DNA from: Eledone cirrhosa
Lineage: Eukaryota
Direction: 5' to 3'
Assembly (NCBI GenBank): GCA_964016885.1
Contig: OZ024740.1
Coordinates: forward strand, 285,324,001 to 285,388,000
DNA length: 64,000 bases
The translations under genes were made by a program, and so were the position numbers. Below the pieces are notes generated by a model. It ran no database searches and had not been told where the DNA came from. It saw nothing but the letters and a program-made list of their open reading frames with translations. Within the stretch, counting starts at the first letter, position 1; the number at the start of each line of letters is the position of its first letter. Below are positions 12,485 through 24,689 of the stretch, piece after piece.

Positions 12485-13879
12485 ATTTTAGTTAGTTGTT
12501 TTATTAAATAATTTGTAAGAAATACTTTTTTATTTGTCTTTTTACTGGTTTCATTCATTGAACTAATGCTAAGTTGGAGCTCTGCTTTTAAAAGTATAAG
12601 CAAACATATCACCCATGCTAAGTTACAATACATAAACGAAGAACATTAGTTTTTAAATGGTGTCAGTGTAAAGACGTGTGTGTGTGTGAATGTATGTTTA
12701 TATATATATGTATACATAGACACACAAAATGTACCCAGTACACTCTGTAATCTGGTTCATCTTAGGAAGGGCATTTAGCCATAGAAATCATACCAAAAAC
12801 TGAAACATACAAGTAGGACATGATCCTCCCAGCTTGTCTTGGACTATAACTTTTAATAAAAACTGGCTTGGACCTTAACAACCCATCCAACCTGTTACCA
12901 GTATGAAAAATGGATATAAATGAGGATGATTATATATGATGGGCTTTTAGTTAGTTTGTTAAATTTCACTCTCAAGTCAGCTGGAAGATACTTGCCTATG
13001 GTGCCATGCAGTGAGGCTAAATCTGAAACGACATACTTTCAGACCAAACGTATTAATCACCCAGTCATGCCTACTTTTATTGATTATGTCTTACATACAT
13101 ACACCATCAACTTCATTAAAGTACTCACTAACTTGCATAGTTTTTATTCAAAGTTTCTGCTCTCCTAATCATATCTCTCCATTAGGTTGGCAGGAAGTTT
13201 GGCTAATAAGGGTCACTGAGAATAATACTTGTGATATGAAGGGAAGATTAATTATAGCTTGTACCTGGACTTACAGTTGCACTCTTTATGTGTACCACCT
13301 ACCTTGTGTACCAGGATCCTGCTCTGATTTGGATTCACTTCAACTTCCAGAGTCCTCTTCTCTATGCAATTTGGACAGAACCCTTTTCATATACTGCTGA
13401 GTTTCTTAGGTCAATTTCTACAGCTGAGATAGTATTATAAAGTCACAGCTTGGCATGGTATAAGGAAGGCTTAAGCTACCATGGGAGCTGTTGGTCTAAG
13501 GCTTCTGGTAGTTCTGCCTACGTTCTCAAAATCAGTTGAGAGGAGAGACATATTTCCTTACTAAGCTTATACTAGATTAATATTCATTAATTCTTAACAT
13601 ACTGTAATGATTTAGCAGAAAATATGTAAAAATGTGTGTGTTAATTCAAATGTTTATAGTATTTTTATTTGTAAACGGATCAATGTAAAAAAAATTGCAG
13701 CATTACAGTAAAGATTATAATTATTGATATGGTGCAATCATAGTGCTATTTTGTACTTTTCATGAATGTCTTGTTAATGTGGTTTAATGCTATAGGGGAG
13801 ATTAAAAATATATTCTCCTGATATGATCTCTCTTGCTCTGTCTGCCTGTCGCTCGGTATATATGTGTATGTGTATATTC

Positions 13880-14975
13880 TGCATTGAAACCTTTGAAGGT
13901 CACAGGCCTGTGGAAAGGTAATCTCACCATCTGCAGCAACTATAGAGGCATCTGCCTTACCCAAATTGCAGCATAGACTTACAATAGGATGATACAGAAT
14001 AGAATCAGATCATGCATTGACAACCTTTGTTCTAGCTAAATGGATTTCAGTCATTTCACTCTACTACTTCACATATCTTGACACTGAGAAGGGTTGTTGA
14101 GGAGTTATGGAATCACAAAAAGAAAGCAACAATCGTATTCATAGACTTCAAGAAGGCTTTTGATTCAATCGACCAAAAAAAGATTCTCAAAATTCTTCTT
14201 GTGTATGGGATACCCATCAGATTGTGAATGCTATGACTCATGTATGAGAATACTTCCACATTTGTAATGACCCCTGATGGAGATTCAGACTTATTCTCCA
14301 TCAATACCAGAGTCCTCCTGGGAGATCCTCTGGTTCCTTTCTTTTTTATGATCTGTTTTGATTATGCCATTGCACCATCAGACAGGATAATGCTGAAAAG
14401 TTGGCAAAGTATCAGACTTCTCAAGCAAGTGCTACCTAAACTGGCTTGTGTTGACCATCAAAGAAATTGAGGACAATTACACAGAGTAGAGGCTGCTGTG
14501 CAGTCCATTGAACTCTTTAAATGCTGACAAAACAAAATTCATACATCTCAATTTAACATCAAATGACCAAATGTATGTGCTAGATGGGTTGGAGATTGGA
14601 GAAGTAGATGACTTATACCTTGGCAGTTCCATGAACACAGACATAGAACATGATGTGGACACCAAGATAGGGCAGGCATAGGGGAACTCTCAACTCCTTA
14701 TCGATAGTTGTGAGTCATGGACATTAACAAAAAATTTGTCAAAGAAGATCAATGGTACATACATGCAAATGTTGAGAAAGGTCCAGAGAATCTTCTGGAA
14801 AGCACATGTAGCAAATAAATCACTCTACAGTTCACATTTTTGCTTTTCTCATATAAGGCAACAGAGGCTTACATTAGATGGACATGTGATACATCACAAT
14901 GAACCTGCTGGCAGAGTTGTTCTCTGGAAACTTGATGTATGCAGACGAGTTTGGAAATCAAACATGACACTGAGC
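13880..14975 (+). mobile_element. Degenerate RTE-like LINE RT fragment (second family)
   Basis: Translation has IVFIDFKKAFDSID, GVL.GD.L.PF.F-like, ESWTLT and RLTLDGHV. Confidence 0.75.
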
Positions 14976-16383
14976 AAAGCATAAATGAACTGAGAGAGAA
15001 ACTGGGCACAAGAGGAATCAGATGCAGTGTGCAGGAGAGGAGAATGCATTGGTATGGAGATGTGATGTGTATCACGAATGACAGCTGTATAAAAGGGTTC
15101 AGAGCACTGAAAGTTGACAGAAGCTATGAAGTAATAAAAGTTGACCTTGCACAATTGCACATCTCAAAGGCAGTGACACAAGATTGAGATTCCTGGTATC
15201 ATGCAGCAATACAGAAGACCTGCCTTCCCATATGCACAGGTTGAAACCCCTTACATCCCTACACTCCCACCCTTCACCAGACAAGTGCCCCACCTTAGAT
15301 TTAGCTCCAAAACCCCCACATACCTCCCCAACTCCAGCCCCCAGTCCACACTGTAGGTGTCATGACAAAAAGCACCCAGTTCACACTATAAATGTAGTTT
15401 GCTTTATGAAGGGCATTCAGCCATAGAAACCAAGCCAGAAACAGATCTGTATGAGCAAGACATGGTCATCAGATCTGGCTTGTTTCACAATGGGACAACT
15501 CATCTAACCCATGTTAGCATTGAAAAATTCATGTTAAACACCGCGATATATCTATATCATTCGTCATGTCTGTTTTCCCTGCTAGAAAGGGTTGGATGAG
15601 TCACCACAGACCAAACCAAGTCAGTACACAGGCGGAGCTACAAACCTCTCAGCTAGGTCAGGGACGTGCATCTTGCTGACTTACATTTTTAGACTATACT
15701 GGGTGCATTTATCATGTAGATCACCAATACTAGGGAGTTTGTTGTCTTTGACTCAGCTAAAAAGATCCTCCTGACCTTTTGTTTGGTAGGTTTTCTAAGG
15801 TTTAATGCCCTTCATATCACCAATACCTTTATAGGGTATATTGGGTACATTTATTGCGTAAATCACCAACACTAGGGAGGCTGATGTGCCTTTGACACAA
15901 TTAGAAAGTTTTCTCAACTCTTTTGGCATAGTTTCTACAGCAAGATACCCTTCTTCTCACCAGCCATCTCACAGAGTACACTGGGTACATTTCTTATGGT
16001 ACCAGCACTAGGGAGTTTTCAGCCCTACTCTACATAGTTAAGGTAAAAGGAGAGTTATGACTAGTGTGTTAGGATTTTTTTTTTTTTTTTTTTTTTGTGC
16101 AGATGAAATAGTATTAGACTGATAGCCAAAAGATTAATGATTTGTATAATTTGGGATACTATGTTTACTGCTTGTTCCATGGGAGGAAATGTTTTTATGC
16201 CCAGACTACCCTTGAAACTATCTTACTATTTAACTTGGAATTACTTTTCGAATTCAAAAGGTTGCAGTTTCCTGTAAAAGCTGGCTATACTATGTCCATA
16301 AATAAATGACAAGGACAAACTTGCTCTGTTGCTGGACTATAATTAAAAGAACATTGCTTCTTTTAGGGACAGGTTTATGTTGG

Positions 16384-16634
16384 CAGACCTGTCAACTCTC
16401 CCCGTCTGATGGGGAAATCTCCCACCCACTTTTGGATGGGTGAGAGAAGTCGTCTCTTGTGAAAATGGGGTTGATAAAATAAAGTACCAATAATACACTG
16501 AGTATTTGTGGCCTTGTGCCAAAAGTAGAAACAATTATGTAAAATATCCCCATTTTGCCTCATTTCTCCTCGTTTTGGGACACTTTTTCCCCCATGGTAC
16601 TCCCCGTTTGGGTTTTTAGAGGTTGACAGGTCTG
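16384..16634. mobile_element. Small TIR element (hAT-like MITE) with a SINE fragment inside
   Basis: 13-bp perfect TIR cagacctgtcaac / gttgacaggtctg. Flanks tgttgg / tgttga match at 5 of 6 (possible TSD). SINE tail at about 16467-16535. Confidence 0.55.
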
Positions 16635-17619
16635 TGTTGAGTGTATGAAATGGAAATTCATGCAACCTTTTTCTTTATACCCTTTCTGGATAAAAGACAT
16701 CACATTATTCAGAAGAAAGTTCTGGATTTACACTGAATTGTAAACAAAAGGTGACATATTGTCAGAATACACAAAGCGTATGAATAAATGATACGTGAAT
16801 TTGTATATAGCATAGCAAAAAAAAAACAAAAACGGGTGCATTTTCGTTTCAGGAGCGCTATAAAACAGAAATCTAGGGGAAGTAAAGTGAGTTATTGTGA
16901 AAATTAAGGTCAACTTTGCCTTCCATCCTTCCGGGACCTATAAGATAAAGTACCAGTTAAATATTGAAGGCGAGATAATCGACTTTCTTTCCCCCCAAAA
17001 TTGCTGGCCTCGTGCCGAGATTAGAAATTATTATATCCATAAGGAAGGCATAACTATTAGCTTCTCAAGTGTTTTCGTTATGCTTATGGATTTGAGAAAT
17101 TATATCATCCGCGTGTTATTCATTTACAAAAACTTTTATTTGTAGGAAAAAAAAAAATTACTTATCAGAAATCCCCTAATTCGACAGGTAAATGGTTTTA
17201 ATTTCATGGGGCCCCGGAAACGAATAAATGCTAATATATAACTTTCAGATCGTATAACACTGGATACCTTGCTGGTTTATATATTCATCGGTGATGTATT
17301 ATGATTGTTGTCAGAGCGTGTGCCCTTTGTGGTTGGTTATCGTAACGATAAAACCTGAAAACCTTTGCTGTTGCTTGAGGCGCTCTCTTGAAGCATTCCA
17401 AAATGTCTTGCGTGAATTACATCATTAATATGTATCTATTGAGATTGTATATAGCATTTAAAATAAACGTTAATAAATGCTGTCATATAAAATGCTAAAT
17501 TGACTACTGTAAACAACTGCTGATATTGTTAGCCTGCTTGCCATATTACTGCACCTATTGTACATTCATAGTTTACAGTAGGTGCACTATATGGAGTTTA
17601 TATAAATTCCTGTAGTTTT

Positions 17620-17775
17620 TGCTGTTTACTCAGAGATTCTGTGTTGATGCCAATTCTTCTCTAAATCATCCACAGATTCAGCTAGGTATTCCCACAGACA
17701 GCCTGTCTTAAACTCCGTACTATGACGTGGACAATATAATAAACAGAAGTGGTTTGAAAATGGAACCTTGATGGA
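17620..17775 (-). mobile_element. RTE LINE fragment
   Basis: Minus-strand translation EFKTGCLWEYLAESVDDLEKNW matches the RTE at 50215-52640. Confidence 0.7.
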
Positions 17776-18253
17776 CATCGATCTACCTGTTGACTTTTTC
17801 GCATAAAAGATATTAACAAAATAAAAATGATATAAATGAAAACCATCAGAATGCTGTAGTGATGTAAATTCATGAGGCGCTAACAGAATTTTAGGAATGC
17901 AAGGGTGGTTAATGAATGCAATAAATACGAATCTATACAGCTGCATACTGTTTGAAGACTGAAATGAAAATTTAAAAACTTGATAATGAGAAAGAAATTT
18001 TGGAGCGATGATAATGGGGACATGCGGTGGTTTTCTTTCTTCTTTTCTTTTTCTTTCCCTTTCTCCACTTTCTTTTTCTCTCTGATTTACATATTAGTAT
18101 TTTTACCCTGCAAGAAGTCACCCCCTCTACATCGTATTTTTTGTTGAAAATAAATTTATTTCATTCATTTCTTCTTTTTTCACTGGTTCACATCACTTCC
18201 CACTGTGGTTTTTCTATATAAACTGTCTCTATATTCTGAACATTTAGTTATAT

Positions 18254-18290
18254 CTGATGACTGTAAGTACTCAGGAGAAACTCCAGAGTA
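18254..18290 (+). ncRNA. Degenerate hammerhead-like motif
   Basis: CUGAUGA, CUG/CAG stem, extra GA, GAAA, then ACUC-CA-GAGU and A (GUA triplet). Stem I is not recoverable. Confidence 0.35.
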
Positions 18291-18924
18291 ACAAAATTCT
18301 AACTTGGCCTTAATATAGAAAATATTAATCTCTACTATGGTATGAAGTACTCATTCTCGAAACCGCCAATACTAAGCACCCCTTTTGGTAGTAAATCGTA
18401 ATAACGAATGTGTTTTCATAAATTTGTTAACGAATTAAAGTATGTCAACAAAAATTACGAATAAAAAAAGGAAACGAAGCATAATTACAGTTTAGTGACT
18501 CCACCTTGAATATGTTGGCTCATAACTTTCTTAAGAATGCATATTTTTAATGAAATTTTGCAGAAATACTTTTTCCACGACGTAGATTGCGATTATTTTA
18601 ATGGAAAAACAAACAAACAACAACAAAAAAGATTAACTAAATTGTAAGTGTCAATCGTTACTTCCACACTCTATGTTATAATTGTTGAGTTACGTAATTC
18701 TCTAAATGTTTGGAGCAATCCAAAACAATCACTGTATTACTATGGGGAATAGAGAGGTTAAAGCATTGAGATAGCGAAACACCCTTACGAACTTCATCTG
18801 ATAATTCAGTTAAGTCGAGCAGTCAACAATTACAAAAACTTTGTCAGCCGTCCAGCTTCCTCGAACATTACGAATGCCATAGGGTAAAAAAAAATATTTT
18901 ACAGAATGAAAATATCTACAATAC

Positions 18925-19830
18925 TTAATTACATAAAAATTTCACATAAAAATATAGAATCAAAATGAAAGAAAATATTAATTTAACACCAAGTGTATGA
19001 ATCACAGTCACACACCACAAGGGCTGCCGAAGCCTGCATCTAATACTTTTTGAAGTAACCAACACGCTGGCAGCATTACTCTGGGTGACAGCAAGGTTAA
19101 GGCGATGGAACAACAAAGCACCCTCACGGACATAACCTGACACTTCGGTAAAACGTGGCACCAACAATGGCAACAATTTCGTTATCGGCGGTCCAGCTCC
19201 CCCAAATGTCTCGAACGCCATAGGCTGGAAAAATAGTTTGCCGATAATTCCCGGTATGTTAGAATTTTATTGTTCGGCTACGGAAGCAATGAGTCTCACA
19301 TTTACCGCAACATCTAGAATGTGGGAAGGAACGAAAGAGTCACTGGCTGAGACGTCCCAAATGAGACACCTACCTCTTACCCAGGGACAAAGTGTTAGAC
19401 CACCTGGTCTCTTCCCATCAACTCTGGGCAATCCAGCCGGCTCAAGAATTGAGAGGATATTTACTCGAGCCAGGGCCCGCTTAATAGTTACATTTAGCTC
19501 GATATAGCGAGCAAACCGACCAGCATTCAGGCGACAAGACAAACCATGGAGACCTGTAGAGTCGAGGGGCCTACCACAACGATATTTCAATCTCCTACAG
19601 ACATCGGCTTCCACACTGAGAGTGCAATGGAGATGCGGCGCTCATCCAGATTGCATCGGCTTCTGATATTGGCATCGGGTAGGGTATCAATTCAATCCCC
19701 CGATGAATTAGGGTATTTCAGTAATATATTAAATTCGGTTATGGATGCAATGACCCATACTTCGCCGCTACATCCAGAACGTGTGATGGAGCTATCCACA
19801 GAGCCTCTTCCGATTGACTGGTTCCAAAAT
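18925..19830 (-). mobile_element. CRE-like non-LTR retrotransposon 3' part (restriction-like endonuclease region)
   Basis: CRCGRPLD..GLHGLSC-like zinc motif, EPAGL..DGKRP[G]GLTLCPW.RGRCLIWDV and MAFETFG are typical of RLE-bearing CRE-clade C-termini. Frameshifted. Confidence 0.75.
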
Positions 19831-20170
19831 TGAGGGTATATCAATTTAGGCTAGCGAAGTGAACTGCATTTAGTTGACATGGCAATGCATGAAAACAGTC
19901 GAAATCAAAGTGTGCCACATCTTTAATCTCCCACAGATATAGGTCTCGATAGAAATACGGAGCCAATCCGATGTCTGCCATAGGCAAATCAACTGAACCC
20001 CTCGAAATGTTAGCATTCGCAGAAAGTAGGTGATATCTTGAATGTTGATATGGGGTAATTTTCTTCTTTTCTATTCCACCGTGGTCAATTCTGCCTTCCA
20101 CCCTTCGATATAATCGACCCCACCCCCCCACACAATTTCTGGCCTTATGTCGAAATTAGAAATCATTATT

Positions 20171-20306
20171 AACGGCCCTTTATGGTCTGAGTTCAAATCC
20201 CGCCGAGGTTAACTTTGCCTTTCATCCTTGCGGGGTCGATAAAATAAAGTATCAGTAATGCACTGGGATAATTGCTGGCCTTGTGCCAAACGTAGAAATA
20301 ATTATT
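20171..20306 (+). mobile_element. tRNA-derived SINE (abundant family)
   Basis: B-box gagttcaaatccc and tail ggccttgtgcc..gtagaaa.aattatt. Other copies at about 16890(+), 20075(+), 20424(+), 22229(+), 23475(-), 24325(-), 33757(+), 36355(-), 36983(+), 52880(-), 56320(-), 59055(+). Confidence 0.85.
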
Positions 20307-20829
20307 ACGTTAAAAGACCAACGAGTGGGTCTTACTTTTAAGTTGGTACAGGTTACTTCTCGATAATATATTACCAATTAAAAAATAACCACAGGGATTA
20401 GTTACAATGACTAAGTACAATGGTCAACGCCGAGGTCAACTTTGCTTTTTATCCTTACGGGGTCGATAAAATAAAGTACCAGTAATGTACTGAGTATTTG
20501 CTGGCCTTGTGCCAAAAGTAGAAACAATTATTACGTTAAAAGATCATATGATTGAAATATCGATTCTATCGTCATCCTATATAGTTATAAAGGTTTAGAA
20601 AACAATTAAAATAAGGATTTTTTTTATTGTCAAGTATAGTATTTTGTAAACAGTAATATATATTTTAGACATTTGGCGTCGTATAAATAATCACTTATAT
20701 TCTATCTCTTTAGAACACCATGAAAATATTGCTGTCACATCATTAAGAAATTACGTTAGTAAACAAACGAAATAAAAACAAATCGTTATCTAGGAAATAC
20801 AACTCTGCAGGTTTTAAAATTACGTTTTT

Positions 20830-20892
20830 ATTGACCAATCAGCGACGTGTAGATATTTAGTGCATATTTTCATAATCTGACATGCGCAATAC
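20830..20892 (+). promoter_or_regulatory. Candidate promoter elements
   Basis: CCAAT box in gaccaatcagc, a gacgtg site and an NRF1-like catgcgca, in CpG-retaining sequence about 300 bp upstream of a candidate first exon. Confidence 0.3.
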
Positions 20893-21188
20893 CTTTGTAT
20901 AAGTAAGTCCAGACAATGTCAGACATGAAAAAAGCTAAACATTGTACTTAGTCATCGTAACTAATCCCTGTGGTTATTTTTTTAATTGGTAATATATTAT
21001 CGAGAAGTAACTGTATTTACACCACCTGTACCAACTTCAAAGTAAGACCCACTCGTTTTGGTCTAACAATAAGGAATTTAAGCTGTTTGGAAAACGCAAA
21101 TTTACCTTTCAAAGTGTTAGATGGTATTGGAAATGTACCCAGCAAACGAAAATAATTCGGGGACTGTCCCTGCATTTCTATCGAAACT

Positions 21189-21240
21189 ATGGACGTTAGT
21201 GGAAGATCGTGCCTACGACGACTTAATCAGTTGGGGAATG
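21189..21240 (+). CDS. Candidate first coding exon of an unidentified gene (MDVSGRSCLRRLNQLGN-)
   Basis: ATG in actATGg context, 17 open codons, donor G/gttagt, CpG-rich. No homology recognised. Confidence 0.25.
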
Positions 21241-21387
21241 GTTAGTATACTAACTTATTAACTCTTTTGTTGATTATGTTGTGTTTATAGCCCTTTTTTT
21301 ATTTGCTTTATTTCTTTGATTGCGTCTGTTTATATATATATATATATAAATTAAATGAGAAAAAACTCTAATTATGGGAGCATAAAC

Positions 21388-21437
21388 AATATATATATAT
21401 ATACATACATACATATATATGTATATATATATATATA

Positions 21438-21485
<48 letters not shown>
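21388..21485. repeat. (TA)n-based microsatellite
   Basis: Seen directly. Similar tracts at 10356-10384, 10578-10710, 22378, 36017 and 38097, plus (GA)n at 63360-63388. Confidence 0.9.
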
Positions 21486-21486
<1 letters not shown>

Positions 21487-21899
21487 CAGGCAGGCATGGC
21501 CAAGTGATCAAGAATTTTGCATGATGTTTTAGGTTCGGTTCCACAGTATGCCATCTTTGGCAAGTGGGTCGACGCAAAACTTGAGTATTTTATGAAAACG
21601 GAAACTGGAACCCGTGATGGTCAGTGATTCAGATGGATAGCCAGCCTTATGCTGATTCTGCCTAAAAATTACGTTAATGATACACGTGTTTGTTGAATAT
21701 TGAAACACACCCATATTTAATGAGTAGGTACTTCAGTTGATCGAACAACTAAATATTCATCGTCATTATATATATAAATTTAACTTCATAAATATATATT
21801 ATATGAGGGTATTGTAGTTTATTTATAGTTATACTTTAGGACGGCCATACTGCCAATTTTATTAGCAGCATGATCCCACCCCACAGAGTATAATAATAT

Positions 21900-22118
21900 G
21901 TATTTCAACATATCAGGAATGTTGCAAAACAAATACAAAAATAAAGAGGTTATTCTTCGATAGATTTTTCGTCAAGGCTGTGGCAGTGGAGACTTTCGGC
22001 GTTCATGCCTCCCGGACCGCATCCTACTCACTGTTCAGTACGGTGTTGGCTACCCGCAAATGCGAGCCCCTCGCATTGAAGTGGCTTTTGCAACGTGTCC
22101 CCTTGCCATGGGACAGGT
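21900..22118 (+). mobile_element. Second, divergent CRE-like RLE C-terminal fragment
   Basis: Translation DRFFVKAVAVETFGV...EPLALKWLLQRV parallels MAFETFG...REGALLFHRL of the 18925 element. Confidence 0.45.
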
Positions 22119-22532
22119 AGATTTATTTTTAAATGAGAGTGAAGTTGATTGTCAAACTTAGAGGAAAAGTTATTGTTGATCCTTGTGGGAGGTATTGACT
22201 TAACATCCAACACTTGTCATTATTATAGAGGTTAACTTTGCCTTTCATCCTTACGGGGTCGATAAAATAAAGTACCAGTAATGTACTGGGTAATTTCTGG
22301 CCTTGTGCCAATAGTAGAAACAATTATAATTTATTAATTTTTTTTTTGCTTCGGACCTAAAGATTTCATGTAGCACTGTATATATATATATATATATATA
22401 TATTTAAAAGAGTCGACTCTTTTATATCTATTTACAGCCGTAACACTGGTATAAAACCCAAACGAAACGGACCTCGTAACAGCATCGAGTGCTTCGAACG
22501 GCGCGCTGTCTGTAACTGTTGTTACACACACG

Positions 22533-22566
<34 letters not shown>

Positions 22567-23474
22567 AACATACATATGCAAAAAAGAAAGATGGTGCTTT
22601 GGTTGCCAGGCAGCTATTTCTTGCAATGATTATTTATTGCTATTCAGATCATTCTCTAATTTGGCTTTGTAGATATTTGCACAGTACACATTCCTCTTTT
22701 ACAAGCGTGGGTGCTGTGTTTCTTAATCAAAGCAATTTCGCACTTACACGTGACTATTATGTATTTTTACTTGTTTTGGTCAGTTAAAAGGAATTTGCTT
22801 AGATGTGGTTCATATGGGCAACGTTTGAGTGTTAACGTTTTATTTTACTTCTAAAAGATAAGATATCTAGCGTGTCGTTTAAAAGACTGACAGGTACTTC
22901 CCCATTTGTTGTTGGCCACATGGTGATCAGTTCTTGTTTTATACAGTTTACTTGGTTTTTCGTCTGTCCTATATCTATAATTACACACTCACACGCGTTT
23001 GCCTATAACTTGTAATTTATTCTCTACACCAATGGAAAAAAATTTCCACCGATTACTTTGTCTTTCGCGTAATATTTTCTTTAATATTTTCACCTCGATT
23101 TTGTTTAAAAACAACAAACTACAATCTGAAAAGTATTTATTCTTTTAACAAATATTTAAGTATGAAACGACAATAAAGAAAAAAAAATGTATATATATTT
23201 ATGAGGTTAAATTTCACCGATGAATTCTCGTAAGTCGCTTCGCTTATGTTTGCAGACATTGTTATTAAATTTCTATCCTATTATGACGTGCTCCTACTTG
23301 CCTTTTCTGTTATGTTTTTAATCAACAAAAACAAGTATAAACTATTTTGCCGGGACCGGCTACGTAACCCATTCCTTTAAAAAAAAGTAAACAAAACCAT
23401 CATCTGTATATCTTGTGTTCTGTTTCTAGATTTTATATTTTTTATCAATCTGTATCGAAACAAATCAATATTAA

Positions 23475-23657
23475 TTGTTTCCACTTTTGGCATAAGGCCA
23501 GCAAATTACCCAGTGCATTACTGGTACTTTATTTTATCAACCCCCGTAAAGATGAAAGGCAAAGTTAACCTCGGCGGGATTTGAACTCAGAATGGCAAGG
23601 GCCGTAACTCTATGCGTCAAAGCATGGCGTCGGACCCTCTACCGATACTGCCAATCA
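23475..23657 (-). mobile_element. Full-length tRNA-derived SINE
   Basis: Minus strand begins ttggcagtatcggtagag (A-box), has gagttcaaatccc (B-box) and the family tail. Confidence 0.85.
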
Positions 23658-24689
23658 ATAGTGATTTTATTGCCATCACCTTAACATGTTATTCTTTTTC
23701 ATTGTCACCTTCTGTGGTACAAGCAGATTTTACGAGCTTTTTATAAACTTGATCTACGAGTTACACAGCAAAAGGAAATTTATAATTGTCGATTTAAAGA
23801 CAACGCAATATACAAAAAATTACAGATGTTTGCAACTTAATAGCTAGCATGCGCACACACAAACACACACGCACGAGAGAGTGTTGGATACAGACTTCCT
23901 CAATAGCTATGTTTCAGGATAATTTTACAAAATACCTACTTGTTAAAAGTAAAAAAGAAAATTTACTGTAGCTTGAATGTGTTAATGTCAAATTTATTCG
24001 ACAGACTATTAGAAGTAGTTATAAAAAATGGTTGCAGTAACAATCCGCCAATCATGTTATATGTGAAGCCTATACCCCTGATGTTTTTTTTTTTTTTTCC
24101 TTTCTCAGCAACTCGTTGGGACTTGCTGGAATTTTAGGCGAACATCTGTAAAATGGTTTTAAGTTAAAAATTCATTTTCTAAGCTTTTTATTTGCTTCTT
24201 ATCTCGTAAAATATTATACGCTTAAGAGCATTGTGACAATAATTCCATTTCCGTTAACTAGATAACATGTGCTTTCTACCACGCTATATATGACTCTCTT
24301 CGCATTGTAACTTACTACTTCTACTACTTGTTTCTACATTTGGCACAAGGCCAGCGATTTGAAGGGAAGGAGAAAGTCTATTAAATGAACTGCAGTGCGT
24401 TACTGGTATTTTACTTTCATGCCGTAAGGCATGAAAGGCTAAGCTGACCGCAGCGGGATTAAAACTTAGAACGTAAAGGGACGTGACTAAATGCCACAAA
24501 GTATCTTGTCCGACATTGACCTTTGTCTAACTAGAACGTCAAGACTCTTGGGGCTTTGTGATGCAAATGACTTAATCATTTGTAATATACCATCTAATCA
24601 CCTACCAATCAATTTGAATACACAAACCAATTTGATTTTATTCTCACTAAGAATTGAGATATACTATTGGTTGTAATTGAAAGGCTTCT

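Noticed and set aside
17289-17358. C/D box snoRNA (gtgatgt...ctga)
   Set aside because: Imperfect C box, no terminal stem and no recognisable rRNA guide.
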